DNA of 34,015 bases, from contig CALKEP010000030.1 in assembly GCA_938084645.1 (NCBI GenBank), positions 1 through 34,015 of the forward strand. Direction: 5' to 3'. Numbering within the stretch: the stretch's first letter is position 1; each line of letters begins with the position of its first letter. This stretch comes from an uncultured Phycisphaerales bacterium (GTDB lineage Bacteria > Planctomycetota > Phycisphaerae > Phycisphaerales > SM1A02). This document shows positions 25,492-34,015 of the stretch, in pieces. The translations under genes were made by a program, and so were the position numbers. Under the pieces are notes generated by a model that ran no database searches, was not told the origin of the DNA, and saw only the letters and a list, made by a program, of their open reading frames with translations.

Positions 25492-26901
25492 ATGGCCGAC
25501 ACCACCGCTCCCCAGATCTCCCTTGCCGCGGAGACGCTCGTCTCCCTCGATCCCGCGACCGGCGAACCCGTGGGCGAGATCGAGGTCACCTCCATCGATC
25601 GAATTCCGCAGATGGTCCGGGACGCCCGGTTCGCCCAGCGCAGCTGGGGCGCCCTGTCCTTCGAACAGCGGGCGGAGATCCTGAAGTCCGCGGTCCCGAG
25701 GCTCGTGGAGGAGGCGCCGAGGATCGGCGAGCTCCTCACGCGTGAGATGGGCAAGCCGAAGCCGCAGGGCGTGGGGGAAGCGACCTACTGCGCGGAGGGC
25801 ATCACGGACGAGGTCGACGCGGTGATCGAGGCGCTCCGTCCCGAGACGCTCGAGGACGAGCACACCAACACCACGCTTCGGTTCGACCCGTACGGGGTCG
25901 TCGCGGCGATCACGCCGTGGAACTTCCCGCTGCTCATGGTCTTCCAGTCGGTCATTCCGGCCCTGGTCGCGGGCAACACGGTCCTGCTCAAGCCCAGCGA
26001 GGAGACGCCGCTGGTTGCGCGGGAATGGGCGACCGTCCTGAACGAGGCGCTGCCGCCCAACGTCCTCCAGCTGGTGATCGGCGACGAGCGACAGGGGCGG
26101 GCGCTGGTCGAATCGCCGATCGACCTCGTGGTGTTCACGGGAAGTCGTGAAGCCGGGAAGCACATCCTTCGGGAGGCGAGCGGTGGTCTGAAGCGGGTCA
26201 TCCTCGAACTCGGCGGCAAGGATCCGATGGTGGTCCTGGACGGTGCGGACCTCGATCGCGCCGCGGCCTTCGCAGCCCGCAACTCGTTCCGCAACGCCGG
26301 CCAGGTCTGTGTCAGCACCGAGCGGATCTACGTCGAGTCGTCGATCGCCGACGCGTTCACCGAGAAGCTCGTCCAGCGGGCCGGCGACATGAAGCAGGGA
26401 CCCGGCATGGAGGAAGGCGTCGAGGTCGGGCCGATGATCAACCGTCGACAGAAGGATCACGTCCTGCGGCAGATCGAGGCGGCGATCAAGGATGGCGCGA
26501 CGGTGTTCCACGGCGGCGACGACGGGGGCGAGGGGAACTTCGTGCCCCTCACCGTGCTGGGTGATCTTCGACACGACATGGACATCATGAGCGAGGAGAC
26601 CTTCGGGCCGGTGGCCTGCGTGATGTCCGTCGAGCATGCGGATGACGCGGTCCGGCTCGCCAATGACAGCCGGTTCGGTCTCGCGGCGAGCGTCTGGGGG
26701 GATCCCGGGCGGGCGGAAGAGGTCGCGGCCCGGATGACCGCCGGCATGATCGGCGTCAATCGAGGATGTGGTGGTGCCGAGGGCAGCCCGTGGGTCGGAG
26801 CGCTCGAGAGCGGTTACGGCTGGCACTCCGGAAAGTACGGACACCGGCAGTTCTGCCAGATCCGGACGATCAGCCGGGGTCGGTCGAAGGGCGAGGGCTG
26901 A
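25492..26901 (+). CDS. Aldehyde dehydrogenase family protein
   Basis: PWNFP, KPSE.TP, FTGS, LELGGKDP, NAGQVC, EETFGPV; AAGGA SD before ATG 25492. Confidence 0.95.
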   Translation: MADTTAPQISLAAETLVSLDPATGEPVGEIEVTSIDRIPQMVRDARFAQRSWGALSFEQRAEILKSAVPRLVEEAPRIGELLTREMGKPKPQGVGEATYCAEGITDEVDAVIEALRPETLEDEHTNTTLRFDPYGVVAAITPWNFPLLMVFQSVIPALVAGNTVLLKPSEETPLVAREWATVLNEALPPNVLQLVIGDERQGRALVESPIDLVVFTGSREAGKHILREASGGLKRVILELGGKDPMVVLDGADLDRAAAFAARNSFRNAGQVCVSTERIYVESSIADAFTEKLVQRAGDMKQGPGMEEGVEVGPMINRRQKDHVLRQIEAAIKDGATVFHGGDDGGEGNFVPLTVLGDLRHDMDIMSEETFGPVACVMSVEHADDAVRLANDSRFGLAASVWGDPGRAEEVAARMTAGMIGVNRGCGGAEGSPWVGALESGYGWHSGKYGHRQFCQIRTISRGRSKGEG

Positions 26902-26905
26902 GCCG

Positions 26906-27154
26906 ATGCCACTTCCGATCGCCGGTGAAGTCGAGGTCGTGGTGGCGTCCGCCGCTCCGGTCTCCATCCATGGGGACCTCTACGTCGATCTCGCGATGCG
27001 GGTGCCCGGCGACGAGGCCGCGACCCTCGCCCGGGTTCCGGCGTCCGCGTTCCCGGTCGCAGCGGACGGCGAACGCCGCCTTCCGGCGGTGGACGATCGA
27101 CTCCTGGTTCGCGTCCTGCTCGGGCAGGTCGATGCCGTGCGTTGCGTGGATTGA
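26906..27154 (+). CDS. Small hypothetical protein (82 aa)
   Basis: ATG 4 nt after the ALDH stop; globular beta-rich composition (MPLPIAGEVEVVV...HGDLYVDL...LLGQVD). Confidence 0.65.
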   Translation: MPLPIAGEVEVVVASAAPVSIHGDLYVDLAMRVPGDEAATLARVPASAFPVAADGERRLPAVDDRLLVRVLLGQVDAVRCVD

Positions 27155-27169
27155 CCCGGCGACCGGCGC

Positions 27170-28123
27170 TCAGGCGAGGATCGCCGCGACCTTCGCCTCG
27201 ATCGACTCGTCCCACTCGAAGTCGACGGCGGCGATGTTCTCGAGCAATTGCGAGGATCGGGTCGCCCCGACGATGCAGCTCGAGATCTCGGTTCGTCGAA
27301 GGCACCAGCGGAGTGCGAGCGTGGACATCGGCACGTCGAGTTCCGCGGCGACGGTGGCGAGTCGCCGGACCCGTTCGATGTTCTCCTCGGTGAACCGGCG
27401 TCTCAGGAAGACGCCTTGTTTCTCGTCGCCCGCACGAGTGTCGTCGGGCGTGGCGTCGAGATACTTGCCGGTGAGCATTCCTTCCGCCAGCGGTGAGAAG
27501 CAGACGTTGCCGAGTCCGCATCGGGCGGTGGTCGGAAAGACGCCTTCCTCCCAGTGTCGGTCGAGCATGTTGTAGATGGGCTGGTTCGAGATCGGTCGAT
27601 GCCAGCCGGCCGCCGCGCAGATCTCGACCGCGGCTTCGATCTGGGGACCGGTCCATTCGCTCACGCCCCAGTACAGGGTCTTGCCCCGCTCAACCAGGTC
27701 GCTCATCGCCCGGCAGGTCTCCTCCAGCGGCGTGTGCTCGTCGTACCGATGGCACTGGTAGAGGTCGAGATACTCGACGCCCAGCCGACGAAGCGACTTG
27801 TCCATCTCCTGGTGGAGATGTTTGCGGGAAAGCCCCCGGTCGTTCGCGGTCGGAAAGGGCCAGTCGGGTTCGTACGGCCAGAAGACCTTGGTGGCCAGCA
27901 CGTAGGTTTCGCGCGGGAAGGGACGGAGGGCGTGGCCCACGACCGGTTCGGTTCCACCGGAGCCGTAGGCGTTCGCGGTGTCGAAGAAGTTGATGCCGGC
28001 CTCGTAGGCGACTCGGTGGAGCTCGGTGGCGCGGTCCAGGTCCCCGCCGTCGAGGGTGAGCCAGGATCCGAAGCCGATCTCCGAAACGAGGAGTCCGCTG
28101 TTACCGAGGTGGCGATAGTTCAT
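27170..28123 (-). CDS. Aldo/keto reductase (Kv-beta/Tas-like)
   Basis: LG.SGL.VS.IGFGSW, FFDTANAYG, ATKV, LDLYQCH, YWGVSEW, SPLAEG.LTGKY. Confidence 0.95.
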   Translation of the reverse strand: MNYRHLGNSGLLVSEIGFGSWLTLDGGDLDRATELHRVAYEAGINFFDTANAYGSGGTEPVVGHALRPFPRETYVLATKVFWPYEPDWPFPTANDRGLSRKHLHQEMDKSLRRLGVEYLDLYQCHRYDEHTPLEETCRAMSDLVERGKTLYWGVSEWTGPQIEAAVEICAAAGWHRPISNQPIYNMLDRHWEEGVFPTTARCGLGNVCFSPLAEGMLTGKYLDATPDDTRAGDEKQGVFLRRRFTEENIERVRRLATVAAELDVPMSTLALRWCLRRTEISSCIVGATRSSQLLENIAAVDFEWDESIEAKVAAILA

Positions 28124-28227
28124 GTCGTCGTCTTCCGGGGCCGATGGACCGGCGGGATTCGGATTCAGGTTCGGGGTCGGGGAGTCTAAGGTTTCGACTC
28201 CGACGGTGGGCCGTGTAGTCTTCCGGG

Positions 28228-28866
28228 GTGCTCGACGCCGACCTCCTGCTCAGGATCTACGCCGCCGGCTGCTTTCCCATGTGGGACGCAGCGAACGCGG
28301 AGACCGGAATCTTCCGGCCGGATCCTCGCGCCATCATCGAGTTCGAGGGGCTCCACGTGCCGCGGCGGCTCGAGAAACGCATGCGACGCGTGCCGTTCCG
28401 AATCACCACGAACCAGGTGTTCGAGGACGTTCTCGATGCCTGTCACGAAGACCGGGACGACGGCTGCTGGTGCTCGCCCGAGATGGAGATCGCCTACCTC
28501 GAACTCCACGAGCGAGGCTTCGCCCACAGCATCGAGGCGTGGCTGGACGATCGACTCGTGGGCGGTCTCTACGGGGTCCAGCTCGGGGCCGCGTTCATGG
28601 CCGAGTCGAAGTTCAGTCGTCCCGAGTCCGGCGGGACGGATGCGTCGAAGATCGTGCTGGTGACCACGGTGCGAACCCTCGCGTCGGCCGACTTCTCGCT
28701 CTTCGACGTCCAGTTCCGCAACGACCACCTCGATCGCTTCGGGGTCGTGGAGATCGATGCCGAGGACTACGAACGCCGACTCGAGCGGGCGCTCGCCACG
28801 CCGCGCGACTGGCCGATCGAGTTCGATGGAGAGGCTGCGCGAGTCAGGATCGACGATCAGGGCTGA
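28228..28866 (+). CDS. aat: Leucyl/phenylalanyl-tRNA--protein transferase
   Basis: Y..G.FPM, PDPRAII, AY.ELH..G.AHSIEAW, LVGGLYGV.LG..F..ES.FS, DASK. Confidence 0.93.
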   Translation: MLDADLLLRIYAAGCFPMWDAANAETGIFRPDPRAIIEFEGLHVPRRLEKRMRRVPFRITTNQVFEDVLDACHEDRDDGCWCSPEMEIAYLELHERGFAHSIEAWLDDRLVGGLYGVQLGAAFMAESKFSRPESGGTDASKIVLVTTVRTLASADFSLFDVQFRNDHLDRFGVVEIDAEDYERRLERALATPRDWPIEFDGEAARVRIDDQG

Positions 28867-29393
28867 CCGAAGAGCGCCCATGACCACTGGAACGACTCGG
28901 GCGTCCCCAGGTCGGTGAGCGGCGGGCCGCCTTCCGCGGCCAGCCACCGTTCGACGTCGACCGGGTCGGGCAGGGCGTCGAAGGACGAGGGTCGGGCCAC
29001 GCCGGAGCGCCGGGAGACGAGGCGGATCGAGGTGGGTGCGGTCTCATCGCCCTCGACCAGCAGGATGAACTCGTCGTTGATGTCCATGAGGTCGAACGTC
29101 TCGAAAGACGTCTGATTCTTCGTCGACTCGAGCGTCCACACGCCGCCGTATTGCGCGAGCACGAAGTCATCGACGATGTTCACCGGATTGGCATCGCCCG
29201 GAGAACTCGGGCCGACCCTGACCAGGTAGACCCCGATCGGGAGAAGGGCCAGGACGAACGCCGCGGCGGACAGGAGGATCAGGAGGATTCCTGCGCCGAA
29301 CCGCTTGCGTGCCAGAAGCACGATCGCGATCGCGATCAGGATCGGCGCGAGGACCAGCGATCCGCACATCATGGAATACACCGTCGAGATCAT
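28857..29393 (-). CDS. Hypothetical membrane protein (two N-terminal TM helices)
   Basis: ATG 29393 overlaps the upstream stop (ATGA); hydrophobic helices then a soluble domain; 10-bp convergent overlap with aat. Confidence 0.65.
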   Translation of the reverse strand: MISTVYSMMCGSLVLAPILIAIAIVLLARKRFGAGILLILLSAAAFVLALLPIGVYLVRVGPSSPGDANPVNIVDDFVLAQYGGVWTLESTKNQTSFETFDLMDINDEFILLVEGDETAPTSIRLVSRRSGVARPSSFDALPDPVDVERWLAAEGGPPLTDLGTPESFQWSWALFGQP

Positions 29394-30892
29394 GAGCCCG
29401 TTTCCGAAGCCCCGGGATCCGCCGTCACCTCGACGTTCATCATGCGGAGGCGTCGATCCCGGAGCGAGAGGATCAGGGCGGTCGCGGCGGTCGCCGAGAG
29501 TCGGGGGGCGGCGGTGTAGTCCTGCGGGTTGTTGTCGCGGTTCATCTGGTAGTAGAACGAGCCGTCCGGACAGTGGGCGAGGCTGAACCACCAGCGGTTC
29601 TCATCGAGCAGGGCGCGGAGCGCCTCGGGATCGGCGGCGGCGCCGAAGGCGGTCCACACCATGCCGAGGATCGGTGAACCATGGGTGTCGCTGAAGGTGT
29701 CGGGATGCTCGCCGATGCAGCGAGCGGTCCGGAGGGCGTAGTCCCGATATCCCGGCTGTTCGGCCGCGATCGCATGGGCGAGGGCCGCGGCGCCGGTTCG
29801 TCCCATGTCCGCGTACCCCTGGTTGTCGCGGCCGCTGTCGGCGTACCAGACGTACCCGTTCCTCCCCGTGCCCCGGACCACGAAGTCGTGGGCGCGTCGG
29901 AAGCGGCCTTCGTCGATCTCCACGCCGCATTCCCGCATCAGGGCCCAGGCGATCTTCGCCTGCATGGTCAGGATGTTGATGGCGCCGTAGCCGTTCCCGC
30001 CCGGACGATTCGCGGGCCGATGCCCCCAGCCGCCGTTCTCCATCTGCGCCGCGCGGAGCCAGCGATCGATCTCCCGGAGTTCGTCGAGCACCCACGGGGC
30101 CTTCGTGGCGAGGTGGTATTCGGCGAGACAGATGCCGTAGAGCGTGTACTTCCAGCAATCGAGTCCCTGATACTCGATCGAATCGTCGGTGTCGGCGGCC
30201 ATCGCCCGTGCGGCGCGTTCGATCGCCTCCCGGTCCGCAGGTCGGTCGTTCGCGAGGAGGGCGAGCATCGCGAACGCGTTGAGATGCGGTCGGGCGCTCC
30301 AGAGTCCGTCGGTGCGCTGTCGCTCGGCGATCCACGGAATCGTCTCCCCGAGAATTCGGTCGGTCTTGTCGCAGTTCTTCGGATACCCGGTGGCGAATGC
30401 GCCGTAGGGAGCGCCGATGCGAACATCGACGTCGAGCGGTCGATCGTCGCGGACGATCGCGATCGGCAGCCGTCCGAGTCCTGCTTCGGCCTGTTCCATC
30501 GCGGTCGCGAGATCCCGCATCGGGCCGTCGTAGCCGAACTTGCCGACGCCGTAACCGAAGACGTGAGGCGTCTCGAAGGGGCGTCCGGCGGCGCCCACGA
30601 TGCGATCGCCCGGTCGGACCACGCCGGCGGCCGGTGAATCCGGAAAGACATAGGTGACCAGGAACTCGGTGGGGGATTCCGGGAGCAGTTTGGCACGGAT
30701 TCCGGTCCGGCCGAGGTTGAGGAACCAGCCGCCGGTCGCTGCGTCGGGACCGACCGTGGTCTTCACGTTCCACTTCGGTTGATCGATCGGGGTCGGCGAC
30801 GAGGCCGATCCCGGAGCGGCTGAAAGGACCGTCGTCGAGAAGCTCGCGAGCAGGACCATCGCGAGGTGGTTCCACAGGATCGGTTTCTTCAT
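29390..30892 (-). CDS. Secreted DUF6288-like protein (PDZ-like domain plus alpha/alpha-barrel region)
   Basis: Signal peptide, NLGRTG.RA, VFPDSPAAGV.RPGDRIVG, Q..DG.W, LAEY.LAT, Q..NGGWGH, GRTGAAALA, DTHG, DGSF.YQ. Confidence 0.7.
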   Translation of the reverse strand: MKKPILWNHLAMVLLASFSTTVLSAAPGSASSPTPIDQPKWNVKTTVGPDAATGGWFLNLGRTGIRAKLLPESPTEFLVTYVFPDSPAAGVVRPGDRIVGAAGRPFETPHVFGYGVGKFGYDGPMRDLATAMEQAEAGLGRLPIAIVRDDRPLDVDVRIGAPYGAFATGYPKNCDKTDRILGETIPWIAERQRTDGLWSARPHLNAFAMLALLANDRPADREAIERAARAMAADTDDSIEYQGLDCWKYTLYGICLAEYHLATKAPWVLDELREIDRWLRAAQMENGGWGHRPANRPGGNGYGAINILTMQAKIAWALMRECGVEIDEGRFRRAHDFVVRGTGRNGYVWYADSGRDNQGYADMGRTGAAALAHAIAAEQPGYRDYALRTARCIGEHPDTFSDTHGSPILGMVWTAFGAAADPEALRALLDENRWWFSLAHCPDGSFYYQMNRDNNPQDYTAAPRLSATAATALILSLRDRRLRMMNVEVTADPGASETGS

Positions 30893-31086
30893 GCACGAAT
30901 TCTAGTCGGCGGCTCGGAGATCGATTCGAATCCGCGTCGTCGGGGCCGGGGATGCGAAATGAAACAGGGCCCGGGTGGATCCGAGGATCCGGCCCGAGGC
31001 CCTGTCTCTCTCTCAATCGTCATGCCTTGCGGCGTGCTCTTTCGACCGAGGTCAATCCACGTCGCCCGAGGGCGTTCTGCGAACGA

Positions 31087-31608
31087 TCAGAAGGGGGTCG
31101 GTCCCCAGCGGACCAGCAGCAGGCCCGTGTCACCTGCGTTGACCACGCCGTCGAAGTTCAGATCGCCGTAGAGCGGGAAGGGCGAGGCCCACCAGCCGAA
31201 GACGATGAACAGGTCGCTTCCGTCGATCACCATGTCGAGGTTGAGATCGCCGTAGTTGAACTCGCACTCGTCGAGCGTGCCGTTCCCGTTCGAATCGAGG
31301 GCGCCGTCCGCCAGTTCGATGCTGTCGTCGATCCCGTTCTCGTTGCAGTCGACGAAGTCGACGGAGGCCATGGGATCTTCCACCTCTTCGATGACGTCCT
31401 CGACCGCGTCGGTCGCCGTTTCCTTGACGGTCCAGGTGCCGCCTTCAAGGCGTTCGACGACGGCTTCCTCGACCTCGTTGGTCTGAACATCGACCACGGT
31501 CCGAATTCGGGCGTCGCCGGCGGTCGCGGTGATTTCGGTTTCTTCGGCCACGGCGATCAGTCCGATGGTCGCGACCGAAGCAATGGCGGTGATGAATCGA
31601 ATGCTCAT
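31087..31608 (-). CDS. Small secreted acidic protein with DCNxNG repeats and a C-terminal dockerin-like pair
   Basis: Signal peptide; DCNENGIDD...DSNGNGTLDEC; GDLNLDMVIDGSDL...W and GDLNFDGVVNAGD..LLLVRWG. Confidence 0.8.
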   Translation of the reverse strand: MSIRFITAIASVATIGLIAVAEETEITATAGDARIRTVVDVQTNEVEEAVVERLEGGTWTVKETATDAVEDVIEEVEDPMASVDFVDCNENGIDDSIELADGALDSNGNGTLDECEFNYGDLNLDMVIDGSDLFIVFGWWASPFPLYGDLNFDGVVNAGDTGLLLVRWGPTPF

Positions 31609-31895
31609 GCCTTTTCAAACTCCTGCGGGTTGATTGTGCTCGACGTGCCGGCCGGGATCCCGTGACCCCTGAATGACGGTGTCGATGTCTCTCGTTCGTT
31701 CGAAGGACACCGGAAAGGTCCCGGTGCGTTCTTCGATCGATGGATGCATCTTCTGCCTCGAACGGCACGGTCTCAAGTGGGAGAAAACCCCACAATCGAC
31801 GTCGAAAACGTTCGTTCACGCCATCGGGCCGATGGATGTCGGCGAATGGCGGAACGGGCTGGCGAAAGCGAGCGGCCGATGGTCTCGCCGCGCGG

Positions 31896-32978
31896 TCATC
31901 GGCGTTCGTCGGGGGTCTCTCCCCGAGTGGTCCGCTCCATCGCTTCGACGGGATAGTCGAATCGCAGGGGGCGTCGAAGCTGGTGATGCGCGGGATGGTC
32001 GAGCGCCGCCTTGAACTCCGGGCTCAGCAGGGACTCGAGCGCCTCGGCGGTCTCTGGGAAACCGATGCCGCGCCAACCCGGTTTCATGCCGGCACGAAGC
32101 ACCACCGCCTGCTGGAAGAACTCGACCACGTCGCAGTTCGGATCGCTGCAGTCGCCCGGGGACTCGGCGGGGCGGCCGGGACAGTCGTTCTCGGGGTGCT
32201 GCCAGAACACGCACTTCGCGCGGGCGGTCTCCCGGGCGATCACCGACGTCCAGTCATCGACGCCGAAGATCCGGGGATGCAGACGACTCAGGCCGAACTG
32301 AGTGATGAAGTGATGGACTTCTTCGACCGTCACGGCACGGCCACGCGGGTCGGGGCCGTCCGGTCGAACGTCGAGCCACCACGCGGGGATCACGATGTCG
32401 TAGCCGAGGACCCGCTGCAGTCGCGGAAGCTGGCGTCGCTCCCAGTCTCGTCGATCGGTGGGCATCGCGAGCCACGCCACGTCGCGGTCCTTCAGCAACG
32501 CGACCAGTGCGGCGTCGTCGGGTACGCCGTCGCGGTCCTGATCGAGCATCTCGGCGAGCACCGCGGCCGCGAGTGCGAGATAGGCATCGGGCATCCGGTC
32601 GTCGGCCGCGAGGAGCACGCCGAACGGCATGGCGCACCTCGAGAATCCGACGGTCGCGAGGGCCTCCCGCTGGTCGGCATCGAGATCGAGTCGCGGATCG
32701 CGGCAATCGAGGATCGCGATCGGCGTCGGGCGGGCGGCTCGGGGGCCTTCGTCGTCGTCTGCGGTGGCGTCCGGCGCAGGCCCGTCCACGGCATCCGTGG
32801 CGGTGGGCAGGGGCGGCCCCTCGTCGTGACCGGTGTTCTCGATCGGCCCGATGGCGGTGGCGGCGAAGGCCACGACACCGAGAATCGTGAGCCCGATCCC
32901 GAACATCGTGGTGATGAAACGTCGGGAACCGAGCGGGGTGGTCCGGGCGTGCGAGATCGTTCGAGGTGGGAGCGTCAT
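31896..32978 (-). CDS. Membrane-anchored or secreted protein, putative zincin-like metalloprotein with EExxH motif
   Basis: N-terminal TM, LDQDRDGVPDD, EEVHHFITQFG...P.IFG, Cys cluster then VEFF; ATGA overlap with upstream gene. Confidence 0.6.
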   Translation of the reverse strand: MTLPPRTISHARTTPLGSRRFITTMFGIGLTILGVVAFAATAIGPIENTGHDEGPPLPTATDAVDGPAPDATADDDEGPRAARPTPIAILDCRDPRLDLDADQREALATVGFSRCAMPFGVLLAADDRMPDAYLALAAAVLAEMLDQDRDGVPDDAALVALLKDRDVAWLAMPTDRRDWERRQLPRLQRVLGYDIVIPAWWLDVRPDGPDPRGRAVTVEEVHHFITQFGLSRLHPRIFGVDDWTSVIARETARAKCVFWQHPENDCPGRPAESPGDCSDPNCDVVEFFQQAVVLRAGMKPGWRGIGFPETAEALESLLSPEFKAALDHPAHHQLRRPLRFDYPVEAMERTTRGETPDERR

Positions 32979-33544
32979 GATGCGATCTCCGGCGGCTGGT
33001 CGATGGCGGTCCGCAGCGCCTCGAGCAGGACATCGATCTCCGAGACATGGGTCACCCGTCGGCGCTCAAGCCGGTGCCAGGTCGGGTCTTCGAACCGCCG
33101 GGCGTACCGTCTGGCCCGCTCCGGGTGGGTCTGCCATGTCCAGACGACCATGGATCGTTCCCGATCGAGGCTGAAGAGATCGCGGACCCGTTCCCGGTTG
33201 CCGTTCCACAGGCGGGTCCGTCCGAAAGCGCGTCGAAGCGATCGGCGACCGACCCGCCATGTCGCGAGCCAGCGCGGCGGATGCAACCAGACCACGTGCG
33301 TCGCGTCGCTCCAGACCTCATCGAGGACCGCCCGGTAGTTGCCATCGATCACCCAGGACTCGTGGATCTTCATGAACTCCCGGACACGATCGCGGAATGC
33401 CGCTTCGGGGAGCGGGGTCCAGTTCGGCTGATGGTGCACGGCGTCGAGTTCGAGGGTCGGAATCCCGAACGTGCCGGCGAGTCGTCGAGCAAGGGTGCTC
33501 TTGCCCGCGCCGCTGCATCCGACGATGGAGATTCGGAGGTCCAT
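32975..33544 (-). CDS. P-loop kinase of the adenylate kinase-like / FlaR (topology modulation) family
   Basis: IVGCSGAGKSTLAR.L, ELD..H..PNW, WVIDGNY, WNGNRE. Confidence 0.88.
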   Translation of the reverse strand: MDLRISIVGCSGAGKSTLARRLAGTFGIPTLELDAVHHQPNWTPLPEAAFRDRVREFMKIHESWVIDGNYRAVLDEVWSDATHVVWLHPPRWLATWRVGRRSLRRAFGRTRLWNGNRERVRDLFSLDRERSMVVWTWQTHPERARRYARRFEDPTWHRLERRRVTHVSEIDVLLEALRTAIDQPPEIAS

Positions 33545-33621
33545 GAGCCGATCATCCTACGAGGTGACGGCCGGAACACGCTTCAGCCCCACACGCTTCG
33601 AGTCAAGTTGGAGGGAAACCC

Positions 33622-33873
33622 ATGGATCAGTTCGATCTGGACACCTGCACGCGTTTCTTCATGTGGGGGAGCGTCCTCAACGCCGGCCTCATGACGGCGA
33701 CGACGGTCGGCTGGATGTTCTTCCGCTCGAGGGCCCATGCGATCCACGCCAGGATCTTCGGCGTGTCCTCGGTCACGGTCGACGTCGCGGCCTACGCCTA
33801 TCTGGGGATCTGGAAGGCCCTGACGCTCGTCTTCTTCATCTGCCCGTGGTTGGCCCTGTTGATTCTGGCGTGA
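33622..33873 (+). CDS. Small membrane protein (DUF6868-like)
   Basis: GGAGG SD; F..W...N.G...H...F......D...Y..LG.WK..L.F...PW.AL pattern. Confidence 0.75.
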   Translation: MDQFDLDTCTRFFMWGSVLNAGLMTATTVGWMFFRSRAHAIHARIFGVSSVTVDVAAYAYLGIWKALTLVFFICPWLALLILA

Positions 33874-33934
33874 CGCGGTCGGGTCGACCGTCGGATGCCT
33901 CCACGCGGGACCGCCCGACACGGGTCCACTCATG

Positions 33935-33963
33935 AAGAAACAACGGTCGCACGAGTGCGACCG
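33935..33963 (-). terminator. Intrinsic terminator for a gene entering from the right edge
   Basis: CGGTCGCA-loop-TGCGACCG followed by TTGTTTCTT on the minus strand. Confidence 0.65.
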
Positions 33964-33991
33964 CCGCTTCATTCCTGGAGTGGATCGACGT

Positions 33992-34015
33992 TCACTCGGA
34001 CCAGGCGGCGAGCAT
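33992..34015 (-). CDS. 3' end of a gene (…MLAAWSE*), probably a dockerin-like C-terminus
   Basis: Eight codons ending in TGA, followed by a terminator; LAAW resembles the end of the dockerin-like repeat in 31087-31608. Confidence 0.45.
   Translation of the reverse strand: MLAAWSE

Overview
High-GC (roughly 69% by eye) bacterial chromosomal window, most likely from a Planctomycetota/Phycisphaerales-type genome. That assignment is an inference from dockerin-like GDLNxDGxVxxxD..W repeats, a DUF6288-type protein, a secretin-N-like module and a tRNA-Gln-glmU-prs-rplY-pth-rpsF-ssb-rplI cluster lacking rpsR. Most genes are on the minus strand. Contents: a MoxR/DUF58/BatA/BatB/TPR (Bat) operon whose last gene carries a 15-bp (QQQQD)n tandem repeat running off the left edge; a beta-hydroxyacid dehydrogenase; a small, very basic unknown protein with its own promoter and terminator; an HD-GYP gene coupled to a secretin-N-like protein; two tandem DUF418 membrane proteins; a HAD hydrolase; an orphan sucC; a Zn-ribbon/bPH membrane protein; a rhodanese-cysteine desulfurase fusion; a stand-alone NrdJ C-terminal (TSCPD-type) domain; the translation cluster; ALDH, AKR and aat; and several secreted hypothetical proteins. 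No mobile element, CRISPR array, rRNA or recognisable defence system was seen. Best leads: the rhodanese-desulfurase fusion, the 104-aa basic protein, a recurring TAnnnT-6 nt-start (leaderless) architecture, a structured RNA candidate upstream of tRNA-Gln, and the stand-alone TSCPD domain. All family names come from motif recognition, not database searches.
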